Assembly: GCA_039545335.1 (NCBI GenBank)
Contig: BCIN01000005.1
Span: forward strand, 834,641 to 898,640
From: Kondoa subrosea
Taxonomy: Eukaryota
Reading direction: 5' to 3'
DNA: 64,000 bases
Below, in pieces: positions 52,985 to 64,000 of the stretch. Each line of letters opens with the position of its first letter. Positions within the stretch are counted from its first letter, which is position 1. The notes below the pieces were generated by a model, which made no database searches, was not told the origin of the DNA, and saw only the letters and a list, made by a program, of their open reading frames with translations. A program made the translations under genes and the position numbers.

Positions 52985-53356
52985 GGCCGCTCGAATGATC
53001 ATTGTTATCCGACGGGGAGCTCCTCCTCCTCTTGGTGTGAGGAACTGCATTTTCTTGGAAATCCCGCTTCAATTATCGGTAATAAACAAAGGCGGGCGGT
53101 GCAAAGGCACTTGACACTACTCCTCGCCGATTACTCTCAGCTCCTGGAGTAATAATCGCAGTGATTCGACCAAGTATTGTTGGCGCGGGATTTGGAGCAA
53201 GATGGCAGTCGGAAAAAAAGATGCGGGGTGGAAACTCGGAAAAGTGTGCTGCAGCATATAAGGATAGGACGAGACGAGCGTCGTAAGCATGCTGAACATC
53301 GCAAGCCAAATACAGACTGTCCATTAGTACAGAATTGATACAGTATTACATAAGCC

Positions 53357-53860
53357 TCAATCCCACTGTTAAGTTGATCAGTATGAGTATCGCTAGTTTT
53401 AGCAGTGAGTGACTCACTACCAGCGTGTTGTCCTTCTGCTGTAAAGGTGTCCTTTCATTCATGGCGGCGCTAGTCTGCTTGCCCGAATTCAGCTCTTTGG
53501 CTATCTTGCCTCCTCCATTCTGTACACCGCGGTTCTTGCTCTGCTCATTCATGTCAGCTGTGGTATCTCGCACGCCAAGGGAGAAACATACAGCTTCTTG
53601 ACGAGCTTCGGCTGCAGCTAAGGCTTTGGCTCTAGTATCGCCATCTGAGGTCGCAGAAGATGTAGAAGCTTGCAAGTTCGTCGCATTGGCCAGCACACGA
53701 CCAGGAGTAACAGTCTGAGCTGCTTCTGGTTGTATTGAACCGCCTAATCTTTGCCCTCCCTTTGAGGTATCACTATGAATCGATCATCAGCTTCTCCGTG
53801 CCTAGCATACAGAGTGAGGCTGATGTACACATTGCCGCCGCTTGAGCAGCAAGCTCCCAT
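53357..53860 (-). CDS. Small N-acylated SVIP (small VCP/p97-interacting protein)-like protein
   Basis: Starts MGACCS (myristoylation Gly plus palmitoylatable Cys), then GQRLGG, RAKALAAAEARQ (VIM-like RxxxxxAAxxR), GKIAKEL, and ends LVWD. Confidence 0.75.
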
Positions 53861-54102
53861 GACGGTCTCGCTGATGCAGAACAAGTGTTAGTAATTCGAA
53901 CGTCTTCTCACACCAGTCATCTCGCTCGCTGTCCCGCTGCATACTGCGAGACCACATGTATAGAGTCCTAGGATACCTAATGATAGTCCTGCCTTGCCGG
54001 AGCCTAATGTCTCTTGCATGATTAGACTGCGTGCCGCATTTTATCTTTAGCACCGCACCTTTCTCTCTCTTGTTCTCGTACCATCTGCTTCTACTACTCA
54101 AG

Positions 54103-56346
54103 ATGCTGTCCATTGCACTGGTAGCGCTTCTGGCATTCGCAGCGGCCTCGCCAATCATACATCCACGTTATGCAGTCAATAATGGTCCAGCTGCCTTATC
54201 AGGCAAACATGGTGCCGTAGCTACAGAAGTAGCAGAATGTAGTGAAGCTGGTGTCCAACTCTTGCAAGCTGGCGGAAGTGCAGCAGATGCTATGATCGGC
54301 GCTTCTTTGTGTGTCGGTGTCTTTGCGGCCTATCATTCGGGCATTGGGGGAGGTGGTTTTGGTCTCGTTCGATACAGCAATGATTCAGGTCATGATTACG
54401 AAATGATTGATTTCCGCGAAACGATGCCAGCAGCAGGGAATGAAACAATGTATTCTCGTTTGGGACCTAATCAAACTGCTTCAACTATTGGTGGGCTATC
54501 AAACGGAGTGCCAGGAGAAATGAGGGGATGGCAATATCTGCATCACAAACATGGAAGATTGAATTGGACAGACCTCTTTCAACCTGCTATCAATTATGCT
54601 AGAAACGGGTTCAGGGTCAACGTTGATCTCGCTGGTATTCTGGCTAGCAAAAGTGAAAGTGGCTTCATGGTCAATGATACGATGTGGTCGTCTATCTACA
54701 GACCAAATGGGACTTTCGCTGTAGAAGGTGTGTTGCAAATTCGCGCTCAATACTTCCACGCTAAGAATGGGTAAACAGGCGATATCATTTACCGCAAAGC
54801 CTACGCAGATACGCTCGAGGCAATTGCAAACAACGGAGCGGACTACTTCTAGTAGGCCACCTGCTTTCTTTACGTGATCTGGCATTGACCACCTCTCGTA
54901 GCAAAGGACCATTGGCCGAAAATATGGCAAACGCTTCGCAATCGACAGGCGGAATCTTGACAGTCGAAGATCTGGCCAATTATACAGCAGTCATTCGCAC
55001 ACCAGGTGTAAGTGGCTTCCCTGATGTTTGATGTTTTAGAAGCTCATTTGACCTCGTAGAATATCACTTATCGCAATTCTCGTGTCTTCAGTACCGTCGC
55101 ACCTTCTTCCGGCAATGTCGTGCTAGTGAGCATTCGACAACAGGGCAAACGGATTCGGCTAATCTATCTGCTTCCCAGAGCATCTTGAAGATCTTCGAAG
55201 GCTATCAAGGCAACTACTCTGACAGCAGTCCATTCATCAACGTGACTACCCATCGCCTATTGGAAGCTGACCAATTCGCTTACGGTCAGTCTTGCTTTGT
55301 TCATACAACATGCTCTTACTGATGTTGAATAAAGGTCAAAGGACGGACTATGGTGATCCAGCTTTCACTCCGAATGTCACATACCTAGAGAACTACTTCT
55401 TGACCGAAGACGTAGCAGAAGAATTGCGAGGCCAAATTTACGATAATCGAACTTTCCCAATTGGGTACTACGATCCTGACAAGTATACCGCAACTCGAGA
55501 ATCTGGAACGAGTCATCTTGCTGGTCAGTGATGGCTCACCTAGGAGCATTCATACGGAACTGAAAGCAACTTGGTAGTGGTTGACTCTGATGGCAATGCC
55601 GTTTCGCTCACGACTACCGTTAATCTCATTTGGGGTAGTCAAGTCATGACAGTGAGCTAGATCCTTCTCCTTATTAATTTCTTACTGAACTGTTTCAGTC
55701 CGATGGGATCATACTAAATGATGAGGTCCGCATCTCCAAGCTTAGCAATGCTTCTCTGAATTTGTAATACAGATGGACGACTTCTCTTCTCCTGGTCAAG
55801 TCAACGCATTTGGCTTTGCTCCTTCGCCCATAAATTTCATCAGACCTGGCAAACGACCTCAATCGAGTATAGCATCATCGATCGCTGAAGATCTAGAGAC
55901 TGGAGAGATCACAATCGCTACTGGATCTGCTGGTGGTAGCAGAATCATTACTGCGACGCTCCAGAACCTCTACCATTATCTCGATCAAGGGTTAACACCA
56001 AATGAGACCGTCTGGCACCCACGATGGCATGATCAGCTGGCAGGCAAAACTATCTTAGAGTGGCGCGACGTTTCGAATGGTTTGTTGGGATATAATAATG
56101 CGACAGCAGCTTATCTATCGAATATCGGCTATGTATGTGATTTCCTGATCGTTCATCACATGTGCTGATGAGCTAGTAGAATGTGACCTGGGCTGCAGGA
56201 GGCAGTACTGGGCATGTGATAGGCAGATCTAAGAACGGAACTTTGACTGCTGCGAGCGAGTTAGTGTACTTTTCTAGGTGTCGAATACTTGCTTAAGTTC
56301 ACTTAACAGCCCTCGCCGACCTGGCGGAAGAGGTGCAGCATACTGA
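54103..56346 (+). CDS. Gamma-glutamyltranspeptidase with N-terminal signal peptide
   Basis: HGAVATE, GGSAADA, HSGIGGGGF, IDFRETMPA, GVPGEMRG, nucleophile GTSHL, TTTVNLIWGS, LNDEMDDFS, PGKRPQSS and GSAGGSRII. Confidence 0.95.
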
Positions 56347-56426
56347 GGGCACAAGTAGGGGCGGAAGGTGTAAACAAGTCTGCAGTAACTGCATATTCAA
56401 TGAAAACTTGGAATTGTCTAACTTGC

Positions 56427-57226
56427 CTATTTTTTACTCTCTATCTGCGGTATCCATTCTTGAACACAAGAAACATAGGTTGCTCCATCTCGCTCATCTG
56501 TCACTGTGTATCTACCCAAAGTTTCGTATCCGCATTTTTCATGTACTAAAGCGCTGATGGGATAGGCTCTAGCCATAACGGGAAGATTGAGATCGGTCGC
56601 CATGCGATGGATGTAGCCAATCAGCATTGTCGCGATTCTAGTAGCATGATAAGCCCGATAAGAGTATGACTCTGAATCTGGCTCACCCTCTGCGCTGGTA
56701 GTCGGGGTGGACACAAAGACCTTTTCTCATAATTCGTCCAGATGGATAGAATCTATATCAAAGTCAATCAAGATAATGAAAGACGGAAGATTTGGCTCGA
56801 CTTCGCGCCCCGACGATTGGCTTCAATCCTCAGCTCCATGCGAAGCTGATCGTATGCGCCGTCAGGTGCTGTATATTCTTGTTATCCACATGGACTCAAG
56901 GCTAGAGCGGACTGACCATCGTCCGGCGGATCTGCATTCTCGCCTAGACCGTGCTTGGTATTACCATTCTTGTCGGGTAAAGACCAACCTGCCATGCCGA
57001 CAATCTTCTCTTGTCCATCCACTTGAGCGATTGCGCAAATCATTTCGGCTTTGCTTATGCGGTCACGATAACTTGTGACCCTCCCGGCCATAAACCACTG
57101 TTTGTGAGTCAAGTAATTGGGATAGCAGAAGCGGAACGGCTCTTCGTATTCGTGAGTCAGAGCAAATAATTCTGCTAGTTCAGACTCTTCCCCTGTTTGA
57201 GCAAGTCGGATCGTGATCTTTGACAT
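56427..57226 (-). CDS. GNAT-family N-acetyltransferase
   Basis: MSKITIRLA..., KIVGMAGW, spliced motif A LCVHPDYQRRGIAT, and HEKCGYETLG. Confidence 0.85.
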
Positions 57227-57484
57227 ATTATGGTCAAGGAGAAAGAGACTAGAGAGCTAGGGAAGAACAGAAGAGTCGCGCTCGTACGAGCAGCGCCTGA
57301 CAAGGCAGAGGTATAGTCGTACAGTATCGGCTGCGTACAGTACTGGCTGTGCACATCTGCACGAGGTCATCACAGCCTGAATATACCACGGACAAGAAGA
57401 CAATTGCAAGTCCAGGAGATGAAAAGGAGACTGAGTTGTCATCAAGGTGTATTGAGGATTTTGTGTGCACATGTATTTGCCTCT

Positions 57485-59482
57485 TTAGTTTCCAGTCCAC
57501 TGTAGCCGTATTATCAGTTATGAGACAGAACAATCAACGCGTCTTACCCCGCCTCCATTGATTTGAATGACTATCGCAGATTGAGCATTAGCACTGCAGC
57601 AATGTCCAAGATAAGACACATACCAGCACCTGAAGAGAGAAGTCAGTCAGTGTCGTTTTCGAGCGAAAAGTACAAAACATACCAGTAGAGTAAGAGCTAT
57701 CAGGGCAAGCGAGGAAGACGTAAGCCGGTCCGACTGCAAGACATAAGATCAGCATCAATGATGATTGACATTGACACCTTGGCTCACGCTCAGCTGGTTG
57801 ACCCAATCGGCCTGTCAATCAAAGCAAACTCGTCAGCGTTTATATCGCGAGGGACGAGCAATGAAGACTGACCAAGTGGAGTACCTGAGAGCAATGGATT
57901 TAAGTAAATCAATACCTTGTCAACAGGAATGGTAAAATGCGATCACCTATTCAAGTAAAGTCAGCACGATTGAAGAGACAGCAGCAGGAATCTCACCCTT
58001 CCACATCATATCTTCCGTCATTTCTATGAGCAAAACGGATCAATTTGCTTCCCAGTTGAAGAGGATTAGAGACAAACTAGCAGGCTGTCCTTTGGCTGAA
58101 CAAACAAAGTCAACTGCATGTTTGGACAAAGAAGACGTAGAAACATACTAGCAGCGTTCAAAGGAGTCCAAATTGGTCCAGCTGGAAGTAGCATGCCCAG
58201 ATCAGAACCACTTTGTTCAAACCGCGGCAGCCTACTTACGAGCAACAGCATTGACCTGCAACGACATCAGCTACTTGTATCAAATAGAACAGAAGTAGTG
58301 TAAACTGACTCTAATGTGACGAGGAGCCAATTGCTGAGATAAGGAGCGAGTGAAAGTCACAATAGCCTGTAGATACCTGACTGCTAAATCATAGTTCACT
58401 ATGATTCAGCGAGCAGACCTACACCCTTAGTGCTTGAGTAATCTAGCTTTTGAGCCATGGCGCTTCCATCCTGTAACATATCTCAGCGCTGCGGCTATGA
58501 GAGGAGACGATAGGATTGCGTACATAAGCACCAACAGAGGTCGAGTTGACGATAGCACTTCCAGGCTTCATATGAGCGACAGCATACTTGGTCAAAGCAA
58601 ACATAGAGAGGATGTTAGTTCTAGTATGCGAAATGAGCTACGTATACGCAAAGACGGTCGAAAAGCAAACCTGAAAGTCAATTCCACATCATCCAGTTCA
58701 ATCGTTTCGATAGCATCATTCATAACTTGTCTAGCAGAGTTGTTGACCAATACATCAAGAGCACCATGGGTAGCCATATGCATCTTGACTGCTTGTTCGC
58801 AATTTCTGCGTTCGGTCAAATCCAGAGGTAAAAGCAAGCAGACTCGGCCAACTTTCTCGATAGCTTTCTTGACTTGTTCTGCATCTTCCTGTTCGACTGG
58901 AAGATAGACGATGGAAACGTCTGCGCCTTCCCGAGCAAACATTTCTGCAGCCGATCGACCAATTCCAGACTAAGAATCGAACAGCATGAAGAAGAGAGAG
59001 AACAAATGCAAGCGAAAGGGGACATACATCACCTCCAGTAATCAAGGCCTTCTTTCCTTCTAATTTACCAGACTACTTGAGCAGTCAGCGAGGTTTGTCC
59101 AGCGAGTTGCCGATCAAGACTCACACCGACATATTCGCGCAAGTATGGTTTGCCATCCTTCCAGAACTCCCTGCACAGCACATTACCAGCCGTATACGAG
59201 ATCGTGCGAAAAAGACTTACTGTCGAGTCCATTCGGATATCGCTGTAAAGCATCGTCATCGACCGAACGTCAAATCGTGTCTGCACAGCTCACGATTCAG
59301 TTCACTGATAGAAGCGACACTAAATATCAGTAGCTGCTTGGCCTGAAGCAGCTTATCGAAGCGTACGTATCTTTCCCGGGCAGCGTCTGATGTTGTGCTG
59401 TGGGCCTACTGGCGTGCTCATAAGCGGTGAGCACCTTATCTTCGCTTTCTCCTGAGCTGAATGTCTGTTTGAGGGCTTCCAT
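57485..59482 (-). CDS. Short-chain dehydrogenase/reductase (glucose/ribitol dehydrogenase-like), very intron-rich
   Basis: KLEGKKALITGGD|SGIGRSAAEMFAREGADV, LDVLVNNS, RSLSQQLAPRHIRVNAVA, GPIWTPL, GRLGQPAE, YVFLA; ends QINGGGWTGN. Confidence 0.9.
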
Positions 59483-59550
59483 TGTTGGGGAATTGTTTGT
59501 GACAAGACAAGGATGGAATTCCAAGAAATGGCATTTTCAAAGCTCAACCT

Positions 59551-59566
59551 GTCACGTGACGTGACG
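59551..59566. promoter_or_regulatory. Palindromic GTCACGTGAC (E-box CACGTG) overlapping a TGACGT CRE-like half site, in the SDR/ureD divergent region
   Basis: Sequence gtcacgtgacgtgacg lies ~70 bp upstream of the SDR ATG. Confidence 0.4.
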
Positions 59567-60027
59567 AGATCTCTCAAGCGTGTAGACTACACCCAGACTG
59601 TCCTTCATCGTCTGTGTCGTCCGCTGCATGCCTCTATCGCTCCTGCTCAATACTTTCGCGTGAATTCGAGGAGCAGCGCTACTTTTCTCACCGGTGAGTT
59701 TTGCCCTGTCTTGTCTGCTTCCTTATCTGACTCGCATGCATCTGGTTTTCGTAGATCTAACCAGATTGAAGCTCACTTTTTGGTCTCATTGCCTATCTAT
59801 TCAATCTTGGGGCATTGCTACTGCTTCCCTTCGGTGCATTCACCTTGGAAAAGACGAGCTATATTCAACCTGTAAGCTCGCACATCACTTTGCAGCAGTG
59901 GTATGTTGACAGTACATTCTATTCAATCAGCTGTGGCTCCAATATAGTCAGTTCATGATGACCCGTCATGCAAAAGACATGCTTATGTGATTATGACAGA
60001 TCCTCAGGCGGAACAGCAACAGTCTGA

Positions 60028-60882
60028 ATGTCTATCATCCTGGGCAAGCATGGCAAAAGCTATACCTTCAAATCACTCGAGTTTACTTTCCCACTCAAAC
60101 TCATGGCTCCGCGATTACCTTTAGACACAAGTGCTGAACTTCAGAACTTGGCTTTGGTATATATGCTCTCTTATGGCGGCGGTCTAGTCTCTGGTGATGC
60201 TATACATCTCAAAATACTTATCGAACAAGATTGCGCTCTCTTGCTGCTCACTCAAGGTTCAACGAAAGTCTTCAAAGATAGGCCGTATTCTTTAGCTGGC
60301 TTACACTCAGAGGGGAAGCGGACAATCCAATCGTTGCATGTGACCGTGCACGAAAACGCGCTGCTTTTGCTCTTACCTGCTCCAGTCACTTGTTTCGCTC
60401 AAGCTTCCTACACTCAAACCCAAACTTTCAATCTATCTTCTACTTCTTCTCTAATCTTACTGGATTCATATACTTCTGGTCGAATGGCTCGAGGAGAAGA
60501 ATGGTCTTTCACATCTTACCGATCAACAAACCATATCTCAATTTTCAACCGCCTAGTAGCTAAAGACGTATTGTACTTGGAAGGGAATTATCAACTCTAC
60601 GTAAAACCTTATTCTTGCTATGCTACGCTTTTCCTCTTTGGTCCTAAAACAATTTTTTTGCTCGAGCATTTCAAAAAAGAGTTTCGCAAAATCGTGCAAT
60701 ACAAGAGCAAGACTATACCTGATCTTATATGGAGCTTTAGTGAATTGGAAAAGGGTAAAGGTGGGATTGTGAGAATAGCTGGAACAACAACTGAAGGAGT
60801 CAGAGATTGGTTGAAGAATGAATGTGCAGGATTGGAGAAGATGATCGGCAAAGACGCTTACCGGCATGCTTGGAGCGGCTAG
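60028..60882 (+). CDS. ureD: Urease accessory protein UreD (fungal Ure4-type), intronless CDS
   Basis: FTFPLKL, YMLSYGGGLVSGD, LLTQGSTKVFK, LLLPAPVTCF, SYTQTQ and TSGRMARGEEW. Confidence 0.93.
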   Translation: MSIILGKHGKSYTFKSLEFTFPLKLMAPRLPLDTSAELQNLALVYMLSYGGGLVSGDAIHLKILIEQDCALLLLTQGSTKVFKDRPYSLAGLHSEGKRTIQSLHVTVHENALLLLLPAPVTCFAQASYTQTQTFNLSSTSSLILLDSYTSGRMARGEEWSFTSYRSTNHISIFNRLVAKDVLYLEGNYQLYVKPYSCYATLFLFGPKTIFLLEHFKKEFRKIVQYKSKTIPDLIWSFSELEKGKGGIVRIAGTTTEGVRDWLKNECAGLEKMIGKDAYRHAWSG

Positions 60883-61284
60883 CCTAGATAATGTGATGCG
60901 CGTAAGGAATTGTCGAGGAATCCATCAAGTTTCCATAGTCTCTACGGATTGACTTTTGGATGAAGAATTCATTGGATGTAGGCTTGTTCTCCTTTCAAGC
61001 TGAGTACGGTATTGATGGGAATCACCTGTGTTCAGGTCTCGCACCGTCATCGCTCTCCTATCATCTTCTGACCTTATCAACTTACCGATTTCGGCAAGAT
61101 CTCGGCAACGTTTCAAATGAAGCAATTTCGAAATTCCAGCCTTCTCTTCGTTCGTGTAACCATTCCGAAGCAAAATTCGATACCTAAAGCTGTTCAAGGA
61201 CGTACAAATTGATACCTGATCCTTGTACAAAAGCAGCAAATAGCAAAAGACGCCTGTGACATCAAATCGATCTCACATCTTGTC

Positions 61285-61292
61285 TATAAAAA
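61285..61292 (+). promoter_or_regulatory. Candidate TATA box of the PhoD-like gene
   Basis: TATAAAAA lies ~60 bp upstream of the ATG at 61350. Confidence 0.4.
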
Positions 61293-61349
61293 GCATTTGG
61301 AAGGAAATTACATCTCAAGCACTGGTGAAGCTAGAAATACTATCATCAG

Positions 61350-64000
61350 ATGGATATCAACTCCTTTGCATTCCCTTTTGATGCTACAAAAGAACCGATA
61401 CCAGGCTTTCAATCTGGTATCGTCGATGACAAACCTGGTCCTTCCAAGCCATCCAAAACACAATCGCCAGCAGTAAATAGACCACCAAAATTACCTGGAC
61501 ATATCCTTGGTCCATACTATCAATTCTTGACTACCACAGAAGACAAGAAATGGTTAGGTTCTGCTCTGACCTTACATAAAGTTGGCACTCCAGAACCTGT
61601 CCTATCTTTCGATCATGAATGCAACTTAGCCAAAACTATACTATACGAGGATGTGTTTGATATGGTTGCGATTCGATGGGATCTAGAATTCAGAATACCA
61701 GATGGCGATGGTGATGAAGCCATAGGATGGGAATTGAAGTGGAAAGACGATTATCATGAGAAGGGCAAGTTTCATATTGCTAGAATGGATGAGAAATGGA
61801 GAGGAGGCTTCTTTTCTTGCAATGGCTTTGATGAAACCGTACCTGAAGGAGTGGTCAAGGCGTTTGGTTTCGATAACGTTTGGAATCACATGAACTCGGT
61901 TCATGAAGAAGTTCCTTTGCATGCTATGATCGTCAGTCTCTCTAAAGCCTAGTTTCGCTTGCACTGAATCTGTTTTAATAGTGGGGAGGTGATCAAGTGG
62001 GCTTGTATGATCTTCTCTAATACATCATCTAATCTGCTTCATAGATCTACATCGACTTCATCTTCAAGGATATTCCTTTCTTGAAAAGATGGACACAAGA
62101 TATGGTAAGTCCAGATTGATTCAACCGCTATTTGCGGTTGACGCTTGCTCTGTATTTACAGGAATACGAAACAATGTACAAGCATGAATTCTCAGAAGAA
62201 ACATCGCGGCAATGTGCCAACTACTACTTCTGCACTTACGCTGAAAATTGGGAGCGACCCGAAGTCAAGCGATCCCTTCAGACGTGCCCAGCTATCATGT
62301 CTTGGGACGATCATGACAGTACGTTGCATGCTATCAATCGAAAGTGATAGCTGATTTGTTATTACCAGTGTTTGACGGTGCAGGCTCGTAAGACCGGGTG
62401 TCTATCTAGCTAGTCCGCCTACTGACCTGAATCTATAGGTATCCTGATTACAACAGACTAAGTCCAGTTATGCTTGGCCTTACTCGAACAGCACAGAAGT
62501 TCCGCTTGCTCTTCCAGCATCAAACTACACCGAAGCATTATCACGAGCATCGATTATTCGGAAAACTTGGACAGAACTCTGTGATCCAAATGGGTCCTCG
62601 TTTAGCTTGCCTGGTTACCGATGGACGAACGGAAAGATGTGACAAGACTATTATCGAAGAAGAATCTTGGCATATGATGTTTGAGCGCTTGAGCCAATTA
62701 CCACCTACGACCAAACATCTCATGGTTATCTTTGCTGTACCTTTCTCTTTCATTCGGGTCAAAGTTGCCGAAAAGGTCTTCGAGTTTCTCAAGAACCGCG
62801 CACCCTGGATTAGGCATCTGCCTGGCTTGAAAGGGCAGCAATCGATCTTTGGTTTACCTGAGTTGTACGATGATTTATTGGATGAATGGACTCATGACGC
62901 TCATATTGGTCAGTTTCCCTTGATTGCTTGCGTATCACCATTCTGATGAAATCGTATGCAGAGGAACGCGATCGCAATCTTGTACGGTTCCAAGAGCTAG
63001 CCAAAGCTCAACAATTACGAATCACCTTCATTTCGGGTGATGTTCACTGTGCAGCTGTATCTCGGTTCAGGACAGATGCGGCTACTCGAAAAGCTCAAAA
63101 CCTCAAGCCAGAAAACGATCATCGATTGATGTATCAAATGATCGCTTCTGCTATCGTCAATCAATCTCCCTCTCCGAATGCTTGTATTGCTTATCGTCAG
63201 TCATGCAAAGTCTTGCCTGTATACTTCGCTAAGCCCTCGATTGTAGACTACATTCGGAATAAATGGCATCCTGTTGCAAATACATCAGAAGGACTAGTCG
63301 AATGTTTTGAAAGACGACCCGAGCAGGGCAAACAAGTTCGACATCGCAAGGTGAGACGAAGTCTCTAGACATTCAGCTTACGCTGATTCTTCGGACTTCT
63401 TGAATCTCACAGGTCATGCCTAACAGAAATTGGATGATGTGGAACGAAGTTGGAGCGAAATCATCTTCCGGTGGCCAGGACACAGCCTACCAGTTTCATG
63501 ATCGAGAGGACACAGATGAAGTAGCTCATCCACCACGTGATCGAGCGGAAAGTACTTCTGGTCAAACAAACCGCTCCAAAGCTTCTTTACCTGAAGATCT
63601 CAAAGATCATCGTCATATCAACTGGCATTCTGAAAACTACCTCTTTGATAAAAAGAAAGGATACCCGTCTACTCTTGGTCCTACATCGAAAGCTGACGGA
63701 ACAGGCTATCAAGGACAGCCGTTACATGCGCATGGACATGGAAGTAAGTTCACAATATCCCAGTAACAGTATTATATAATTGATTCTCCTGTGAAGTGTT
63801 CTGTCATCATAAGGGCAAGAAAAGCCGGTCGGTGGCAGAATTAGATCCAGCTCATCGAGAAGACATGAAAGTTGATGATATGGGAGGTTTGTCTACTCGT
63901 CTTAACTCTTGAAAACCTCAGCCTGAACTTCTAATACCAGATGTACCTTTGGATGAACCTGTGCCAGGATTGAGATTGAGGATATGGCTCGAGTCAAGGG
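61350..64000 (+). CDS. PhoD-like metallophosphatase (fungal type), 3' end beyond the window
   Basis: FFSCNGF, WGGDQ|IYID, MSWDDHD|VFDGAGS|YP, DGRTER, DDLLDEWTH, FISGDVH and IASAIVN. Confidence 0.88.

Noticed and set aside
60028..60882. Intronless ureD as a bacterial horizontal transfer
   Set aside because: The motifs (FPLKL, SYGGGLVSGD, TQGSTKVFK, SGRMARGEEW) are of the eukaryotic UreD type, and no other ure genes are adjacent.
50359..64000. Secondary-metabolite gene cluster (methyltransferase, GNAT, SDR, GGT)
   Set aside because: No backbone enzyme (PKS/NRPS/terpene synthase), transporter or pathway regulator is in the window, and the genes are interleaved with unrelated functions.

Overview
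This is eukaryotic, gene-dense fungal DNA. Short (~45-65 nt) GT-AG introns with CTGAC/CTAAC-type branch points, many micro-exons and intergenic gaps often under 200 bp suggest a basidiomycete, possibly Pucciniomycotina (inferred, not proven). The unspliced ORF track fragments or misses most genes, so gene models were reconstructed by hand. Recognisable genes are EB1/Bim1, THO complex subunit 2, an intronless NmrA-like reductase, a Yhm2-type mitochondrial carrier, Tvp23, Rpb8, a DUF4202 protein, the DEAH helicase Prp2/DHX16, a GT2 glycosyltransferase followed directly by a membrane-anchored GH16, a TPR protein, a queuosine-salvage (Qng1/DUF2419)-like protein, a SAM methyltransferase, an SVIP-like protein, gamma-glutamyltranspeptidase, a GNAT, an SDR, UreD and a PhoD-like phosphatase that runs off the end. 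Two structures stand out. (1) A ~4.3 kb direct segmental duplication (~14583-18865 / ~20858-25147) encloses a ~2 kb unique spacer with two divergent orphan genes, and its flanking genes are damaged reciprocally. (2) The co-oriented GT2-GH16 pair is a candidate glucan synthesis/remodelling module. No rRNA, tRNA, CRISPR array or transposase was seen. All family assignments come from motif recognition, with no database searches.
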